Shown one piece after another: positions 1 through 11,143 of a DNA stretch of 64,000 nt. The position numbers were made by a program, and so were the translations under genes. The notes below the pieces were generated by a model. It ran no database searches. It was not told the origin of the DNA and was given only the letters and a program-made list of their open reading frames with translations. This stretch comes from an uncultured Planctomycetaceae bacterium (GTDB lineage Bacteria > Planctomycetota > Planctomycetia > Planctomycetales > Planctomycetaceae): assembly GCA_963815195.1 (NCBI GenBank), contig CAWFGE010000008.1, positions 224,001 through 288,000 of the forward strand, given 5' to 3'. The first letter of the stretch is position 1, and each line of letters begins with the position of its first letter.

Positions 1-787
1 AAAACGGCATGAACGCGGAGCCGGTTTCGATCGCCGACATCAAGCAAATCGGCAGCAGGAAAAAGAGCGCGACCCCGGCGAAAATCCAGAACGGACCGCC
101 GAGAAACTCGACCAGCTTGCCGACGCCGAACGCGAGGGCGACGGCGGTCATAATCGCCGGCAGGAGACCGAACAGCTCGCCCGTCCACTCGCGCCAATCC
201 GGGTCGGCCCAGCCGGTAATGCGGTCGTTCCCGGCGGCGGTTTCGGTGACGATGGTCGTCCCGCAAGATGCGGCATAAGAAAACGTCCAGATCGACAGCC
301 AGCCGAAGGGAAAGCCGAACGCATAACCCGCCCGCGCGAACCAGCCGCCCCGCGCAAAGCACCAGTGCATCGCCAGGTAGAGCACCATCACAATGGCACA
401 GCCCAGCGACATCATGACCCAGCGGAACAAGCCTTCCGGATACCAGGGAAAGCTGAACGTCCCCTGCAGAAAGGGCAACGCCGGCCGGTAAACCTCTCCC
501 GCAAAACGTTCCTCGGCCATCGCTTCGAAGATGTTCATTTTGTGAACGGCGGGGGCGTCCGATTCTTCCGCGTTCTCCGCCCGATCCGCGTTCTCCGCTC
601 GGCCGGGGAGCGGAATGGGTTTGTCGCAGTTCAGGCAGGCGGTCTCCGACTGGTCCTCCCGCACGGGCGTGCGAAACCGCGTTCCGCACGCGGGGCAGGT
701 TACGAGAACGCTCTTCCGGGACCGGCGTTTCTTCGCCGGGGCGGCGGGTTTCGCCTGCGGCTGCCGGGAGTCGGGTCGCTTACCCAC
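1..787 (-). CDS. Zinc-ribbon (CPxC..CxxC) multi-pass membrane protein, runs off the window start
   Basis: My translation from a GTG overlapping the upstream stop (gtgggtaa): VTCPACGTRF...CLNCDKP, then several hydrophobic segments; no stop seen before position 1, which explains its absence from the ORF track. Confidence 0.7.
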   Translation of the reverse strand, partial: MGKRPDSRQPQAKPAAPAKKRRSRKSVLVTCPACGTRFRTPVREDQSETACLNCDKPIPLPGRAENADRAENAEESDAPAVHKMNIFEAMAEERFAGEVYRPALPFLQGTFSFPWYPEGLFRWVMMSLGCAIVMVLYLAMHWCFARGGWFARAGYAFGFPFGWLSIWTFSYAASCGTTIVTETAAGNDRITGWADPDWREWTGELFGLLPAIMTAVALAFGVGKLVEFLGGPFWIFAGVALFFLLPICLMSAIETGSAFMPF

Positions 788-1685
788 GAGACATGCTCTT
801 GATGACGCGTTCAAAAATCGGCCGGCACACGTCCCAATCCTCTTCGGGGCAATCGCAGATCACGGTGTATTGCAGGTTGAGTCCCAGCATGGACGCCCGC
901 ATTCCGCGAACGTCCGAGAAGCCGCTCGTGCCCGTGAACTCCGACACCCGCGTGTCGCCGAAACCGGTTTCGATCGCCTTTGGAGCGCTCTCCTTGTAGT
1001 CGCCGTATTCTGGAGCGAATTTTTCTTTCGTCAAATTATGCACGGTGGCAACCGGGGCCCGTTCCTCCGCGGTTTCTCCGTCCGACATGCCGCCCGTGTT
1101 CTTGGCGATGTCTCCGATCGCGCTCATGCCCATGCTGCTTTTGACTTGAATTTTCACGTCGCCCTTGATGAACTTCGCCCACGGCGGGGCCCCGGACTGG
1201 CCGCCGCCGCTTTCCACGGTCCAACCGCTCGGGTATTCGCACTTGAAGGTCTGTTCCTTGCTATGGCTGAACTTGTCGTAGGACTCCGGCGGCTTCATCG
1301 GCTCCTTTTTGCCGAAGAACAAGAGCGGAACCCCGATCAATAGCGCCAGCCCGAGCACAGAGACGATACCGATCAACGCGGGGCTTTTGCCGGCGCTGGA
1401 TTTTGCCCGGGGCTTTTTTTTGGGCTCGGCGTCGGCGGACTTGGGCTTCTTTTTCTTCGATTTGGACTTCACGCCCACCGTGCGCGGAGGCAAACCGCCG
1501 GGGGGGCTTCCGCCGCCTGCGGATTTTTTGGCGGGCCGTTTGCCGGCCGCGGCATTGGCCTGTTGGACGGCAAACGGCTCCTCGCATTCCCGGCAGCGGA
1601 CTTTCTTGCCGACTTGGGAATCGTCGGCAAACTTGTGCTTCGCCCCGCAGTGGGGGCAGACGGATAACATGGCCACGGACTTCAC
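780..1685 (-). CDS. Zinc-ribbon domain protein with single TM helix
   Basis: CPHCG...CREC N-terminus, Lys-rich linker, hydrophobic helix LIGIVSVLGLALLIGVPLLFF, then a soluble domain. Confidence 0.75.
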   Translation of the reverse strand: MKSVAMLSVCPHCGAKHKFADDSQVGKKVRCRECEEPFAVQQANAAAGKRPAKKSAGGGSPPGGLPPRTVGVKSKSKKKKPKSADAEPKKKPRAKSSAGKSPALIGIVSVLGLALLIGVPLLFFGKKEPMKPPESYDKFSHSKEQTFKCEYPSGWTVESGGGQSGAPPWAKFIKGDVKIQVKSSMGMSAIGDIAKNTGGMSDGETAEERAPVATVHNLTKEKFAPEYGDYKESAPKAIETGFGDTRVSEFTGTSGFSDVRGMRASMLGLNLQYTVICDCPEEDWDVCRPIFERVIKSMSRG

Positions 1686-1831
1686 TCGCGAAATAGACAG
1701 GCTGACAACTGGAAGAGAATCGGGAGAGGAAAGAACCTCGTTTTATTTTCCTCGAAGACACGTCTCTATTCCAGCGAATCGGAAATGCATTCGTGGATTT
1801 TCTCCAAACCGCGAACCGGATTCGGCTGCTC

Positions 1832-3139
1832 TTAAACTTCCTCGGCGGCGGTGAGGCTGACGGTGCGGTCGACTTCGATGCGGAGCTTGTGGATTTTTCG
1901 CTTGCCCGCGTTCAGCACCGTGACCCGCAGGTTTCGCCAGGTGAAGGACTCGCGGTTTTTGGGCACGCGGCCGAGTTGATTGAACACGAACCCGCCGATC
2001 GTTTCAAAGTCGCCGTCTTCCGGCAGGTCGAATTGGAACAGTTCGTTGAGTTCATCGACGTGCGCGCGGGCGTCGACTTCGATCACATCCTCGGAAATCT
2101 GGTGGATTTCCTCTTCTTCTTCGATGTCGTATTCGTCCGTGATTTCGCCGACGATCTCTTCGAGAATGTCCTCCAACGTGACCAGCCCGGCCACGCCGCT
2201 GTATTCGTCGATGACGATCGCGATATGCACGTGCTCGCGCTTCATGCGTTCGAGCAGTTTGTCGATACCCGTGGTTTCGGGGACGTAGATCGCTTCGCGG
2301 ACAATGTCCTTGAGCGTGACGGCCCGGCCGTTGGTACTGTCGAGATGCCGGAGGAGATCCTTCGCGTACAAAATGCCGATGATGTCGTCGATCGTTTCCC
2401 CGACGACCGGCACGCGCGAATGGCCGCCTTCCAAAAGATCCCGGCGGGCCTGGTCGAGCGGGGCGTCTTCCCGCAGGACGTGCATTTCGGTGCGGGGCGT
2501 CATGATCGCGGCGACATCTTCCTGCTGGAGCTCCATCACGCGGTGGATCATCGTGCGGGCCTGCGGTTCCAGAATGCCCTCCCTCTGGCCTTCGTCGATC
2601 ACCGACAGAAGTTCCTGCGTCAAGCTCGGCAACGTGCCCGCGGCGGGTTCGGGAACGCCGGCGAGACGATGGGCCAGTTGATCGAACTTGGCCGCGATCC
2701 GCAGGACCGGCGAAAGCGTTTTGCGGAAAATGCGAATCACCGGCCACATCCGCACCAGAAAGGCTTCCCCCGACACCCGCGCCCACGTGCGGGGAAGCAG
2801 CACCGCCCACCACGAAAGGAACACCATCACGGCAACGAATTCCGCGGACCACGCCGCCCAACCCGGGACATCGTGCGAAAATCGCGACCAATCCTTAAGC
2901 TCGAGAAACACCACGCCCGCCAAGACGGTGAACGCGACCGCGAACAAAATCTCCATCGCCAACAGGGCGTTTTGGTGCTGGTTGAGCAGTTCGCCGAAGC
3001 GATGCTCGACTCCCCGGCTTTTGCAGAGTTCATCGATCCGGTTGCGGGAGAAATCCCGTAACGCATACTTGGCGATCGCAAAAAACCCGATCAGGACAAG
3101 CAGCAGGCCGGTCGCCGCCGGCAGGAGATACGGGGTCAC
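1832..3139 (-). CDS. HlyC/CorC (CNNM-CBS-CorC) family transporter-associated protein
   Basis: N-terminal TM helices, IMTPR, GHSRVPV, VIDEYSGVAGLVTLEDILEEIVGEI, C-terminal TIGGFV; directly downstream of ybeY as is typical. Confidence 0.92.
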   Translation of the reverse strand: MTPYLLPAATGLLLVLIGFFAIAKYALRDFSRNRIDELCKSRGVEHRFGELLNQHQNALLAMEILFAVAFTVLAGVVFLELKDWSRFSHDVPGWAAWSAEFVAVMVFLSWWAVLLPRTWARVSGEAFLVRMWPVIRIFRKTLSPVLRIAAKFDQLAHRLAGVPEPAAGTLPSLTQELLSVIDEGQREGILEPQARTMIHRVMELQQEDVAAIMTPRTEMHVLREDAPLDQARRDLLEGGHSRVPVVGETIDDIIGILYAKDLLRHLDSTNGRAVTLKDIVREAIYVPETTGIDKLLERMKREHVHIAIVIDEYSGVAGLVTLEDILEEIVGEITDEYDIEEEEEIHQISEDVIEVDARAHVDELNELFQFDLPEDGDFETIGGFVFNQLGRVPKNRESFTWRNLRVTVLNAGKRKIHKLRIEVDRTVSLTAAEEV

Positions 3140-3738
3140 GATTCCGTACTCCGTGAGGGGGAGGAAGAGCCGCCCGAAGGTCTCTCGGGGTCTTCGTCGC
3201 CGGGTTCCGTCGGCGCGGGGCCGGAACTCGCGGACTCGCCCGGGCTTTGAGAAGGGCCGGGGGTTATGTGAAAAAGCGTCAACATCGCCCGCTCTCGCGC
3301 GCGCATCACAGCTTGCTCCATGCTGGTGAGGTCATCGTATCCCACGAGGTGCAGTAACCCGTGGATTAGATATAATACAACTTCTTCCCTCGGACTCCAA
3401 CCATATTTCTGGGCGTCCTGCAGCGCCGTTTCTGTGCTGATGATCACCTCGCCGTCCAGTCGCTTGCCCCGCCCGCGACGTTTAGGGGGCGGTTCCGAGG
3501 CGGAATCCTCCGCTTCCGCCGATTCGCAGCCGAGCAGAAAGCTCAAAACATCCGTGGCGTAGTCGTGGCTCAGAAACTGCCGGTTCAGTTGATGAATCGT
3601 TGCATTGTCCACCAAAGCCACGCTGATTTCGGCCGCGGCAACCTGCTCTTCCGCCAACACCCGCTCGGCGACCTGGACCAGAAAGTCTTCATCAAGCTCC
3701 AAGCAGTCCTGCGAATTCGCAATGGCAATTTGATACAT
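3136..3738 (-). CDS. ybeY: rRNA maturation endoribonuclease YbeY
   Basis: LNRQF..HDYATDVLSF and HGLLHLVGYD motifs; start chosen at MYQIAIAN. Confidence 0.92.
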   Translation of the reverse strand: MYQIAIANSQDCLELDEDFLVQVAERVLAEEQVAAAEISVALVDNATIHQLNRQFLSHDYATDVLSFLLGCESAEAEDSASEPPPKRRGRGKRLDGEVIISTETALQDAQKYGWSPREEVVLYLIHGLLHLVGYDDLTSMEQAVMRARERAMLTLFHITPGPSQSPGESASSGPAPTEPGDEDPERPSGGSSSPSRSTES

Positions 3739-3982
3739 AGGAATGTTAATCAGTCGTCTGTTCTCAGCTTTTCGGTTTTCGGCTCGCCCGGTGTCTCGCA
3801 ATCTCGCTTCTTTTCTCAAAACTGAAAACCTCAGTCCTCATATTATCCGCCGATGCTCCCTCCGGTAAGTTTGAGTATGATGATTTCGAGGCGGCATCGC
3901 AATCGGGCGTTGCCAGGCGCGGTTGTCGGATTTTCCCGACCGAGGTTGTCGCGTTGGACGCTTCGGTTCAAAGGAGGTTTTC

Positions 3983-4267
3983 ATGCCGAAAGCAATTTGG
4001 AACGGGGCCGTGTTGGCCGAGAGCGACCGGACGGAAGTCGTGGAAGGGAACCATTATTTTCCGCAGGATTCGATCCGCCGCGAATATTTCCGCGACAGCG
4101 AGCATCACACGGTCTGCGGCTGGAAGGGCACGGCCAGTTATTTCGACGTGGTGGTCGAGGGGAAAACCAACCCGCAAGCGGCGTGGTATTATCCCGACCC
4201 CAAGCCCGAAGCCGCGAATATCAAGGACTACGTGGCCTTCTGGAAAGGCGTGGAAGTCCGGAACTGA
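3983..4267 (+). CDS. DUF427 domain protein
   Basis: AIWNGAVLAES, VEGNHYFP, CGWKGTASY, AAWYYPDP; strong RBS AAGGAGG upstream. Confidence 0.9.
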   Translation: MPKAIWNGAVLAESDRTEVVEGNHYFPQDSIRREYFRDSEHHTVCGWKGTASYFDVVVEGKTNPQAAWYYPDPKPEAANIKDYVAFWKGVEVRN

Positions 4268-4300
4268 ACGCGACGCATCTCAACTCGCCCAGTGCGGTGG

Positions 4301-4981
4301 TTATTCACCGGCAAGCCGACCCGCGATGGTCCAATGCCGGTCGCTGGTTTGCCCGACCCAATCCGCCGGCAGGTCCTGCTCGGCGAGCAGTTCCCGAACT
4401 TCCTCGAGCGTCAACGCGGCGTGGAGGGAATCCCGAAACATCTGCTGCTGGTGGGCGTTCTCGCCGCCCGCATAGGTTTGGACGAGTTGGTGCAACGTGC
4501 TTTCGTCCGCGGGCCTCGACAAATCCCGCACGAACAACAAGCCCCCCGGCCGCAGAACCCGCTTCATCTCGCCGAGGACCGTCCCCGGTGCGGGGATGTG
4601 ATGAATGATGCTGTTGGAGATTACGGCATCGAACTGCCCGTCGGCATAAGGCAGCCGCTTGGCATCGACATATTCCACGCGAACCCGCTCGGAAAAACCG
4701 GCACCGGCCACATTCCGTTCGCCGAGCTTGAGCATCTCGCGGGACAAATCGATCGCGGTGATCCGGCAATCGGGATGCCGGCGACAAAGCGCGACGGGAA
4801 TCTGAGCCGTCCCCGTGCCCACATCCAGGACGTGTTCGAGAGCGGTTTCGGGCCCGCGGTTGGCCGCGTCCAAAAACTCTTGCACGAACCGGCGGTTGAC
4901 TTCCGCGTGGTCCATCGCATCATAATCCGCCGCCTCCCGGGCGGTGTCCATGACTTCCGGTTCGAGAATCCTGGGGATCAT
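4301..4981 (-). CDS. Class I SAM-dependent methyltransferase
   Basis: VLDVGTGTA motif I, FDAVISNSIIHH, RVLRPGG. Confidence 0.9.
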   Translation of the reverse strand: MIPRILEPEVMDTAREAADYDAMDHAEVNRRFVQEFLDAANRGPETALEHVLDVGTGTAQIPVALCRRHPDCRITAIDLSREMLKLGERNVAGAGFSERVRVEYVDAKRLPYADGQFDAVISNSIIHHIPAPGTVLGEMKRVLRPGGLLFVRDLSRPADESTLHQLVQTYAGGENAHQQQMFRDSLHAALTLEEVRELLAEQDLPADWVGQTSDRHWTIAGRLAGE

Positions 4982-5052
4982 TGGTCCTCCACGATAAACC
5001 AAAGACATCCGACTGCATCTTCTTAATCTTCATTCTCAAAGTGTAAGCGTCT

Positions 5053-5194
5053 GGGTGGCTGGGGCGCAAATCCCCCTTGGAATAAGGCTTGGACTGCGAA
5101 AGCTGGGGCTGTGGCCCGGCGAGAAAAATCTCACACGGCCCCAGGCCTCAAATCTCCTTTTTCCTGGGAACATTCCTTTGCGCCCCAGCCACCC
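5053..5194. mobile_element. 142-bp MITE-like element, copy 1
   Basis: Perfect 18-bp terminal inverted repeats GGGTGGCTGGGGCGCAAA / TTTGCGCCCCAGCCACCC; no credible coding capacity; three copies in the window. Confidence 0.75.
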
Positions 5195-5290
5195 CATCGC
5201 ATCATAATCCGCCGCCTCCCGGGCGGTGTCCATGACTTCCGGTTCCAAAACCCTCGGAATCATAGGTCCTCCACGATAAACCAACGACAT
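5195..5290 (-). pseudogene. Duplicated 5' fragment of the methyltransferase gene (copy 2)
   Basis: Encodes MIPRVLEPEVMDTAREAADYDAM, then runs into the MITE. Confidence 0.8.
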
Positions 5291-5334
5291 CCGACTGCAT
5301 CTTCTTAATCTTAATTCTCAAAGTGTAAGCGTCT

Positions 5335-5476
5335 GGGTGGCTGGGGCGCAAATCCCCCTTGGAATAAGGCTTGAACTGCGAAAGCTGGGGCTGTGGCCCG
5401 GCGAGAAAAATCTCACACGGCCCCAGGCCTCAAATCTCCTTTTTCCTGGGAACATTCCTTTGCGCCCCAGCCACCC
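5335..5476. mobile_element. 142-bp MITE-like element, copy 2
   Basis: Near-identical to 5053-5194, same TIRs, offset 282 bp. Confidence 0.75.
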
Positions 5477-5575
5477 CGTGGTTGACTTCGCGTGGTCCAT
5501 CGCATCATAATCCGCCGCCTCCCGGGCGGTGTCCATGACTTCCGGTTCCAAAACCCTCGGAATCATAGGTCCTCT
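5477..5575 (-). pseudogene. Duplicated 5' fragment of the methyltransferase gene (copy 3)
   Basis: Encodes MIPRVLEPEVMDTAREAADYDAMDHA, then runs into the MITE. Confidence 0.8.
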
Positions 5576-5607
5576 GCTCGCTCCAAAGACATCCGACCGA
5601 CTGCATT

Positions 5608-5647
5608 ATCTTACTCTTAATCTTACTCTTAATCTTACTCTTAATCT
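5608..5647. repeat. 12-bp tandem repeat (CTTACTCTTAAT) x3
   Basis: atcttactcttaatcttactcttaatcttactcttaatct read directly. Confidence 0.85.
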
Positions 5648-5677
5648 GCCTTTCTTCCATAAGCTCCCGACCCGCTC

Positions 5678-5722
5678 TTGACAGAATTACGTCTGTACGT
5701 GTAATCTTCGCAAATTACAGTT
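5678..5722 (+). promoter_or_regulatory. Putative sigma70 promoter / BlaI-type operator
   Basis: TTGACA followed 18 nt later by TAATCT, with an ATTAC...GTAAT dyad, immediately upstream of the BlaI-family gene. Confidence 0.4.
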
Positions 5723-5730
5723 GTCCTTGA

Positions 5731-6126
5731 ATGGAAAGGGATCAACCCATGACGGATCGCCCGGCCCTCTCCAAGGGGGAAATGGAAGTCGCCCGCATCT
5801 TGTGGGACCTTGGCTCGGCCACCGTCCGCGAAGTTCACGAAGCCTTCCCCGCGGACCGGGGCATCGATTTTTCGACCGTGCAGACCTACCTCCGCCGGCT
5901 CGAGCAAAAAGGCTACGCCCGCGCGAAGCTCCAGGGTCGAACCCGCGTGTACTCGCCCCGCGTCAAGCCGCGGACGGTGATCCGCGAAACCCTCGACGAT
6001 CTGATCGACCGGCTGTTCGGCGGCGAGACGCTGCCCTTGATGAGGCATCTGATCGAAGAGGGAAAAATCACCGGCGAAGAACTCGTGGAGCTTCGCGAAA
6101 TGATCGACCGCCTGGAACGCGAATAG
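5731..6126 (+). CDS. BlaI/MecI/CopY family transcriptional repressor
   Basis: LSKGEMEVARILW..GSATVREV, STVQTYLRRLEQKG, RLFGG; precedes an M56 peptidase. Confidence 0.92.
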   Translation: MERDQPMTDRPALSKGEMEVARILWDLGSATVREVHEAFPADRGIDFSTVQTYLRRLEQKGYARAKLQGRTRVYSPRVKPRTVIRETLDDLIDRLFGGETLPLMRHLIEEGKITGEELVELREMIDRLERE

Positions 6127-6166
6127 GATTCGTCATTCAACAGCCTCCGAAACGGATACACAAAGG

Positions 6167-9100
6167 ATGGCCGCGATGGAACACGAGTGGACACGGATGC
6201 TGTGGGCCGAGGCGTGGCAGGTGACGCTGCTGATCCTCGCCGTGGCGGTGCTTTCGCGATGGGTCGGCCGGAATCATCCGCACTTCGCGCACGCGCTGTG
6301 GGTCGTCGTGCTTCTGAAAGCCGTCACCCCGCCGATCTGGAGCAGTCCCAGCGGCGTCTTCAGTTGGCTGCAATCCCCCGTCATCAACGAAGAAGAACCC
6401 GCCGAGACAATCGCAGTCCCCCAACCCGCACCGCCGCCGGAACCGGTTTCGAGACTCGCTCCCGTCCTTCCGGTCGAAGCCGATGCGGAAGGCGGGGAAT
6501 GGCCGGAACCTCAAATCGCCTCCGCACAAAGGAACCATGCGTTTGAACCGATCGTCATTGAATCCGAGCCGGTGATGGAAATCCCCGAACCGTTGGCGAA
6601 ACCCGCCGCGGTGCCCGTCGCCGCGCCGGCGGAATCTCCCGCGTGGCCCCTGTGGCAAGTCGTCGTTTTGGCGGTCTGGTTGTGCGGTATGCTGGGGAGT
6701 TTGCTCTTGGCCTGGGCACGGTGGATGGCCTGCCGGCGGGAAATTCGCCGGGCGGAAGTCGTCGATGATCCTGCCGCCCAACAACTCTTAAACGATCTCT
6801 GCATCCGCTTGCGGGTGCGGCGGAATGTTCGGCTGATCATTTCGCGAAGCCGAATCGGGCCGGCGGTCTTGGGCGTGTTTCGGCCGACGGTGCTCATTCC
6901 CGCCCGGATTCTCGAAGGCCAACCGCCCGCCGACTTGGAACCCATCCTGGCCCACGAACTGATCCACGTCCGCCGGGGCGATTTGTGGGTCGGCTGGCTG
7001 GAGGTCCTCGCGCAGTCGGTGTGGTGGTTTCATCCGCTCGTGTGGTGGGCGGGGCGATTGGTCAAGCGCGAAGCCGAGCGTTGCTGCGATGAGGAAGTCA
7101 TCGCGGAACTCGCGATGAAGCCGGCCCGTTATGCGCGGGCCTTGTTGGACGTTTTGGAGCTCAAGCACATCTTAAAACCCGTTCCCGTTCTGCCGGGCGT
7201 CAAGCCGGTGGAGATCACCTCGAACCGATTGGAGAGAATCATGCTGCTCAGACAAGGATGTCGCAAACGCACCCCCTGGTGGTGCTGGCTGGTGATGCTA
7301 TTAACCGCCGCCCTCACGCTCCCCGGTGCCGCCTTCGTGGCACAGGGCAAGGAGAAACCGAACCGAAAGCTCCGCGAGAAACAAAAGGCAGAGGCCTCGC
7401 AAACGAATGCCTTGCGAACTCGGCGTTTCAAAGTGGGGGATGTCCTCGAACGATACCAAGGCGAGTACAAGATTCGGGACGAAGCATTCGCCCGTAGCAC
7501 GCTCGCCGAACTTCTGAAGGACATGGTCGGCGAACTCTGGTGCGACGAAACTTTACGCACCAACGGCGAGGCCGTGGCGCCGCCTTCGATTACAATCAAA
7601 GGCAACACGCTGCGGGTCCGCCACACGCCGCGGGTTCTCGAAAAAATTTCCGAGGAACTGGAAATCCTCCGCGAGCATGGTTTCGCGCAGATCGCGATCG
7701 AGGCCCGGATCATCACCGCCAGCCGCGATGTGGTCGAGAAGGCGGTTTCCCATTGGGAAGTCCTGCCTGCCGAAGGTCCCGAACGCACCAGGCCCGAAAC
7801 CAAGGTGGAAAACGGCGTGCGGTCGACGATCGAAAAATCCGCCCCCCTGCGAATGGCGATTCTCGATGACCCGCAAGTTAAAAAATTGATCGAGGTCTGC
7901 CAGTCGGATGTGCGCACGAATCTCATGTTTTGCCCGAAGGTGACGTTGTTCAACGGTCAGCACGCCATGATTCAAGACACGGTCCAAAGGCCGTTCGTCG
8001 TGGGAATTTCGTCCGACGGCAAGCCAACAATTCGAGGCGTGGAGGAAGGCACCAAAATGCAACTCCGGGCGGTCTGGAAGGGAGATCACATCCGCCTGGA
8101 AAGCCACTTGACGCTGTCCGACATCCGCAAGGTGGACGTTGTGGACCTGCCGGGAAAAGCAGGAGATGAACTGTCTCCCAAGGTCCAAGTCCCCGAAGTC
8201 GCCTCCACACGGATCAACAACACCGTGAAACTGCCCTCGGGCGGCAGCGTTCTGTTGGGCGGCCTGAAACTGCCGGACGAGGGCAGAGTCCCGGCCGGCC
8301 GCAGTCTTTTCAACCGTCTCGGGTTAACGACCGAACCGCAAAAGCCGGAGCAGCAGCTATTCGTCGTTTTGCGCGTGGTTCATCTGGAAAACCCTCCTGA
8401 GAAACTCCCCGCTCCCCCCAAGAACGCTGCGAATTCGTCCGATGTGGAAGTTCGCTACGCGAAAAAAGCCGCGGAGTTGGCGGATCTCGAATATGAAAAA
8501 GCCTTAAAAGCCAATCGCCATTTAAAGGGAACCGTGTCCAGCCTGGAAGTCGAGCGCTTGAAGCTAACAGCGGACATGGCCCATCTACACGTCGAGCAAG
8601 CGGAGCATGAATTGGAACTGAAGAAGGCGGGGACCAGGCTCAAATCGCAGCCTATGAACAATTCAATGCTATTGTATTTTGAGGCCGACTGGTGCGGTCC
8701 CTGCCAGCAGATGAACCCCATCGTCTCGCGATTGAAACGCCAGGGCTATCCGGTGCAGACAGTCGATGTGGACAACGAACGCGACTTGGGCCAAAAGTTC
8801 AACGTCCGCAGCATTCCGACGTTTGTCCTCGTCGTGGATAGAAAAGAACGGAAACGCATTTACGGGGTGACGTCCGAAAGCCAACTGCGGCGAATGCTTG
8901 CCCAAATTCCTGCCAATCCGCCGAAAGCGATGCCGCACGAAACGCTGCCGCACAAAACGCTGCCCTACCATGGCCTGGGGACAAACAGCGAGGCCGGTCT
9001 CACGGGGCAGATCGTCCCCAACGAGAAAAACTTTGAGACGAACAAGATCGAGCCGCCCACAAAAGAGGAAGTCCTCAAAGCGGTGCCCGAATCGAAACTC

Positions 9101-10938
9101 GAAAACGTCGATCCCAAAAGCATTAAAGTCAAAATTGAAAAAGTCGCCGAAGAAACCGGCGAACCGCGGTTCTATCCCATGGTCGGACCGGCCCGATTGT
9201 ACAAGGTCCGCTTCAAATGCACGGTAACGATGGATGAAACCATCCACAGTGAATGGCCCGTTCCCTTTACCCATAGCGACCGCCGGCAGGAGGTGGTGTA
9301 TATCGATCATAACCACCTGATCCGCACAGTGGGGCCGACTGCGGCCGATGACAAAACCTCGGCATTGGAAGCCGGCTTTTGGGAATCGCTGCGGACGAAG
9401 CACCAATTCACTGATGAACGGCAAGGTTGGTCGATCACCGTGGCGGACGTGCGCGGGAAGACGCTCGTCAAACCCACCCTTCAATACACACACCCGGAAA
9501 AGCTCGCATGGCATGATTATCTTTGGGAAGAAAATCTGGTTTGGAAAAAGCTCGCGACGAAACAAGCGGCGACCGGCACCGTGGAATTTGACCTGAAAAA
9601 CAACCAGATCGTTTTGCATTTGACAAAGGGCGAAGTCGACCTGCCGGGCAAACGCCGCGCCTGGTTTGAGAAAGAAGACATCACGTTGCAGCTGCCGGAA
9701 GATGCCCCGGCGAAAGCCGCCGATGCGCGGCCCATCCCGCCCACACCGGCGATCCTGCCCGCGGGACATACTATGGTGTATGATCTGAAAGACCATCCCA
9801 CGCCACCGGCTGCCAAACAAAAACCAAACGAGAAGTCGGCAGCAGAAGAAGAGCGCATCGCGAAGGCATTGGACAAAAAGATCACGCTCAAGTTCGACAA
9901 GACGCCGCTCTCCGAAGTCGCAAGGCAGATCGCGACGCACGCGGGCATCAATCTTGTTATCGACAGCCTCGGACTTTCCGACGAAGGCGTGACGCCGGAC
10001 GAGAAGATCACGATCGATGTCAAAGACGTGACATTGAGCAGTGCGCTCCAGTTGATTCTGAAGCCGCTCCGCCTGGCGTTCTTGATCCAAGACGAGGTGC
10101 TCAAGATCACCAGCGAAACCCGAGTGCAAGGTCCGCTGGAGGTGAGAACCTATGCCGTCGCGGATCTGGTCGTTCCGATTCCCGAGCGGCGTGAGCTTCG
10201 ACCTGCGGGAGAAGCCGGCGAAACTCAAGCGTCCCAAACTCGAAAACCTAACACAGGTCAATGCCGTAAAGGACGCGGCGATGGACGCGGAGAACCTGAT
10301 GGACCTCATCGCGACCACGTTGATCCCGATTCCTGGGCCGAGAAGGGCGGCGGCGGGATCATCCGCTTCTACGAGACCACGTTGAGTCTGGTGATTCGCC
10401 AAACGCCGAAAGTCCACGAAGAAATCCGCGACCTGCTCGAACAGCTTCGCCGGCTGCAGGATGTGCAGGTCTGCCTCGAAATCCTGCACCATCGAGGCGG
10501 AACAACTCGCCGATCGAGACTTGACGGAAAAACTCGGCCCGGCAATCGCGTGGTGTTGGTTGCCCCCCAAAGCGGCGGCGCTGATTCAGTCGGTTAAAAA
10601 CGACAAGACCGCGAACATCAAGCAACTTCCCAAAGATCACGCTGTTCAACGGGCAGACGCTGAACTTGCTCCTGCCCGAGTTGGACAAAGAGGACGCCTC
10701 GATCGAAGTCTCGCCCGTCAGCTCGGCCGACCGGCGGTTCGTGCGGCTCAGCATCAGCGCCAAAGTTGGTGACAAGCAGGCGATCAATTCGCTGCTGACG
10801 TTGAAAGACGAGCAATCGGTGTTGTTGGATACGACAAAGCTCACCGGGCGCGAATCCAAGAAGCGCACGTTCATGCTCGTCACGCCGAAGATCGTCGTCC
10901 AGGAAGAAGAGGAAAAACTGCTCGGCACGGAGAAGTAG
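6167..10938 (+). CDS. BlaR1/M56 peptidase fused to secretin-like and thioredoxin domains (frameshifts near 10.2-10.65 kb)
   Basis: ILAHELIHVRRGD, WWFHPLVW, EAERCCD; WCGPC thioredoxin; CPKVTLFNGQ and IREL/LEQLRRLQDVQV secretin-like segments; ORF 10666-10938 supplies the LVTPKIVVQEEEE C-terminus. Confidence 0.8.
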
Positions 10939-11028
10939 CGTCCCGCGATCGTGAATCTCACGCCAAGGCGCAACTGTGAGCGGTAGGCGCTCCTCCGGTT
11001 TCGATGAAGGGATCATCCCACAATCAAC

Positions 11029-11118
11029 GCCGGCGGCTAGCGCCGTTCCGCTCAAGGCCGGCGGCTACGCCGTTCCGCTCAAGGCCGGCGGAGCGCCGTT
11101 CCGCTCAAGGCCGGCGGC
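11029..11118. repeat. Tandem array (3+ units, 26-28 bp) of REP-like GCCGGCGGCTAGCGCCGTTCCGCTCAAG
   Basis: Units at 11029, 11057, 11084 and a partial at 11110; between convergent genes. Confidence 0.85.
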
Positions 11119-11143
11119 TTGGCGTGAGTCTTTTTGGCTGGGC

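Noticed and set aside
4893..5647. Diversity-generating retroelement template/variable repeat pair
   Set aside because: Differences are not adenine-specific, the repeats cover a gene 5' end, and no reverse transcriptase is in the window
11029..11118. Possible CRISPR array
   Set aside because: The units are directly adjacent with no spacers, no cas genes are present, and the motif recurs as REP-like hairpins elsewhere
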